DNA of 18,051 nucleotides from Pseudobacteriovorax sp. (GTDB lineage Bacteria; Bdellovibrionota_B; Oligoflexia; Oligoflexales; Oligoflexaceae): NCBI GenBank assembly GCA_050293845.1, contig JBNKNM010000106.1, positions 1 to 18,051 of the forward strand, read 5' to 3'. Shown piece by piece: positions 16,164 to 18,051 of this stretch (position 1 is its first letter; each line of letters starts with the position of its first letter). The notes under the pieces were generated by a model. It saw only the letters and a program-made list of their open reading frames with translations, ran no database searches and was not told where the DNA came from. The position numbers and the translations under genes were made by a program.

Positions 16164-17006
16164 TTAATTTGAAGGAAGCAAACAACCTGGAACATTGACG
16201 TCTAAGCTACCATCTATTGCACGACAGCTGTATACCCAGCTTGTTTGCTGAGCATAGCCAATGCCGCGCTCATAAAAAACATTGCCGTTTTCGTCAATTT
16301 CACAAGGGTTGTTTAAAGCGCATCGGCGTCCACTTTCATTGATAGTATTATTAACACCTACAACCATACGATTTTCTGCATCTATCGCAGGGGAGCCAGA
16401 GGTGCCACCGATGACGTTACAACCAGGACGGCTATACCTGATGGAGTCTTCGAACAACCAATCTGACTCTTTCAAATTAAAAACGATTTCTTCAACGCTG
16501 CAGGAGTATCCCCTGCGCCAGTATCCCGATATTACTTCAATATCAGATCCGATAACTGGATACTCTCGTGATAAGGTAAGGGCATCGACATCGTATGAAT
16601 CTTTGATTTGACGAAATGTTTGACGCAATTGGTAAATAGCCATGTCAGTCTTAGTCATAGTTGCATAAAGAAGTCTTTCGGCAGAAACCCTGCCTAAACT
16701 GTTGGCGTTCTGATCTAATACAGTAAATGAGCGGCTTGAACGCCGATTAATCATGACAACACCTGGGTCCATAAGACTCACACAATGGCCATTGGTTAAT
16801 ACCATAGCTTTATCATCTAGATCACTGTCATCAAATTGAACAATACTACCAGAGCAATTGCTCAAGGCTACAATTCCTTCGAAGTTGTAGGTAGCAGTAA
16901 TGGAAGGTGCCTGAGCAAGCCCACGATAATTGCTTAACTCTGGGAAGGACAAGGCTATTGTATGAAATCCGAATACAGCAATAACCCCAACTAGAAATCT
17001 TTTCAT
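16164..17006 (-). CDS. Secreted trypsin-like (S1/PA clan) serine protease
   Basis: Signal peptide; CSGS...LTNGHC (His), KTDMAIY (Asp), GGTSGSP (Ser), VVGVNNT; several Cys. AAGGA RBS upstream. Confidence 0.9.
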   Translation of the reverse strand: MKRFLVGVIAVFGFHTIALSFPELSNYRGLAQAPSITATYNFEGIVALSNCSGSIVQFDDSDLDDKAMVLTNGHCVSLMDPGVVMINRRSSRSFTVLDQNANSLGRVSAERLLYATMTKTDMAIYQLRQTFRQIKDSYDVDALTLSREYPVIGSDIEVISGYWRRGYSCSVEEIVFNLKESDWLFEDSIRYSRPGCNVIGGTSGSPAIDAENRMVVGVNNTINESGRRCALNNPCEIDENGNVFYERGIGYAQQTSWVYSCRAIDGSLDVNVPGCLLPSN

Positions 17007-17142
17007 GCTTTTTCCTTTTTCTGAACTTAAAAAATATGTAGGTAGACTATCTAATAGGAAAGGCTAATGGCAATATATAAATTTAAAATTTACATATTCG
17101 AAAAAAGTTATAGCGCTCCAGAAAAGGAGGGGGTATATAATG

Positions 17143-17550
17143 CTAGCTAAGTTGTTTACGCAAATTCTCTATAAGCCATTGAGATCGTTTCCGGTTCGCT
17201 CCCAGATCCCAGTATCCGAGCCGGGAAGCAGATCGAATGTGTATTGTTTTAGCATTTTCGCCATTTTCAATGCGAAACTCAATATCGTCTACAAATTTTA
17301 GAATGAAACTTTTAAAGGTAAAGTGCAGATAGTGCTGCTCTTCACTCACTAGTGAGTACCCTTTTAAGGCACTTACAAATTTTTTGATGGTTGCTATGGG
17401 ATTGTTGTGGGGTGTTGATAGAGGGGGGAAATAAAAGTTATCGTTATATTCGCTACAAATACAATTTTTCATATCCTGTGGGCAAGGAGACAGCTTGCCA
17501 TTTTTCAATCCGATGTTTTTTTGGGCTTTTTCAGGTGTCATTCTATTCAT
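17143..17550 (-). CDS. DUF1499 domain-containing protein
   Basis: GLKNGKLSPCP..NCICSE, YLH..F.S..LKFVDDIEF and IHIRSASRLGYWDLGANRKR are characteristic DUF1499 motifs. Confidence 0.9.
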   Translation of the reverse strand: MNRMTPEKAQKNIGLKNGKLSPCPQDMKNCICSEYNDNFYFPPLSTPHNNPIATIKKFVSALKGYSLVSEEQHYLHFTFKSFILKFVDDIEFRIENGENAKTIHIRSASRLGYWDLGANRKRSQWLIENLRKQLS

Positions 17551-17670
17551 TCCTATTTCCCTTTTTAGTGCTGTTCAAGCAATGAAACAAAGCTTGTCTC
17601 TACTAATTTTGAGACAGAATTATATCTCGGATCAAAAAAAATCAAAACGAAAATTCACTGCTATGCTTAC

Positions 17671-17697
17671 AAAAAGAAGGAGAGCTAATGCTCTCCT
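17671..17697 (-). terminator. Rho-independent terminator after the collagen-like gene
   Basis: On the minus strand AGGAGAGC-atta-GCTCTCCT is followed by TCTTTTT, 18 bp after the stop codon. Confidence 0.8.
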
Positions 17698-17715
17698 CGA
17701 TAGTCAAAGATTAAA

Positions 17716-18051
17716 TTAAGGAGTACCTGGAGGTCCCTGAGGACCTATTTCACCTTGAGGACCTGTTTCACCTCGTGGACCACGGGGTCCCACAGGCCCT
17801 TCAGGTCCTTGTGGTCCCATTGGTCCAGTGTCCCCTTTCGGTCCCTGAGGACCTATAGGCCCGGTATCGCCCTTGTCTCCTTGTGGTCCTTGTGGCCCGG
17901 TATCGCCCTTATCTCCTTGTGGTCCCATGGGTCCTTGTGGCCCCGTATCGCCCTTATCTCCTTGTGGTCCTTGTGGTCCCGTATCGCCCTTATCTCCTTG
18001 TGGTCCCATGGGTCCAACGCTCCCTTTTGGTCCTTGAGGACCTATAGGTCC
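17716..18051 (-). CDS. Collagen triple-helix repeat protein, 3' end (start lies beyond the window)
   Basis: The frame is open to the window edge ([18 protein letters not shown]...). It contains 37 uninterrupted Gly-X-Y triplets up to GTP-stop. Confidence 0.9.
   Translation of the reverse strand, partial: GPIGPQGPKGSVGPMGPQGDKGDTGPQGPQGDKGDTGPQGPMGPQGDKGDTGPQGPQGDKGDTGPIGPQGPKGDTGPMGPQGPEGPVGPRGPRGETGPQGEIGPQGPPGTP
17851..18015 (-). repeat. Near-identical DNA tandem repeats inside the collagen gene
   Basis: GTATCGCCCTT(A/G)TCTCCTTGTGGTCC occurs four times, at 36- and 45-bp spacing. These form two ~81-bp units ([28 protein letters not shown]). Confidence 0.8.

Noticed and set aside
288..17719. 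Short ORFs antisense or out of frame to real genes (288-485, 2525-2752, 4905-5135, 10114-10338, 10499-10720, 11744-11980, 13398-13649, 13730-14059, 13982-14182, 14509-14778, 16282-16611, 17391-17585, 17495-17719)
   Set aside because: They overlap well-supported CDSs, have no recognisable motifs, and are best explained as shadow frames.

Overview
AT-rich bacterial accessory region, rich in secreted hydrolases and gene relics. The gene content loosely suggests an Oligoflexia/Bdellovibrionota-like host, which the sequence alone cannot prove. Intact genes: a secreted CBM60-malectin-SGNH(CE3-like) esterase, a PldB-like alpha/beta hydrolase, a secreted hypothetical protein, an EndoF3-like GH18 endo-beta-N-acetylglucosaminidase, a trypsin-like protease, a DUF1499 protein and the 3' end of a collagen-like gene. 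The centrepiece is a tightly linked minus-strand two-gene unit. It encodes an edema-factor/CyaA/ExoY-family (class II) nucleotidyl cyclase (514 aa), followed 14 bp later by a 1705-aa protein. That protein has a long beta-strand-rich body, 14-residue helical repeats split by an NLS-like KKKKKRKRKP tract, and a C-terminal fascin/CBM92-like beta-trefoil. The pair is a candidate undescribed two-component (A-B type) eukaryote-targeting toxin system. This unit and the GH18 gene lie between two decayed IS200/IS605 elements (a tnpA/tnpB relic at ~5.9-6.7 kb and an internally deleted tnpB element with recognisable ends at 15.1-16.15 kb). A run of minus-strand pseudogene fragments fills 3.2-4.7 kb. Family calls come from motif recognition by eye, not from database searches.
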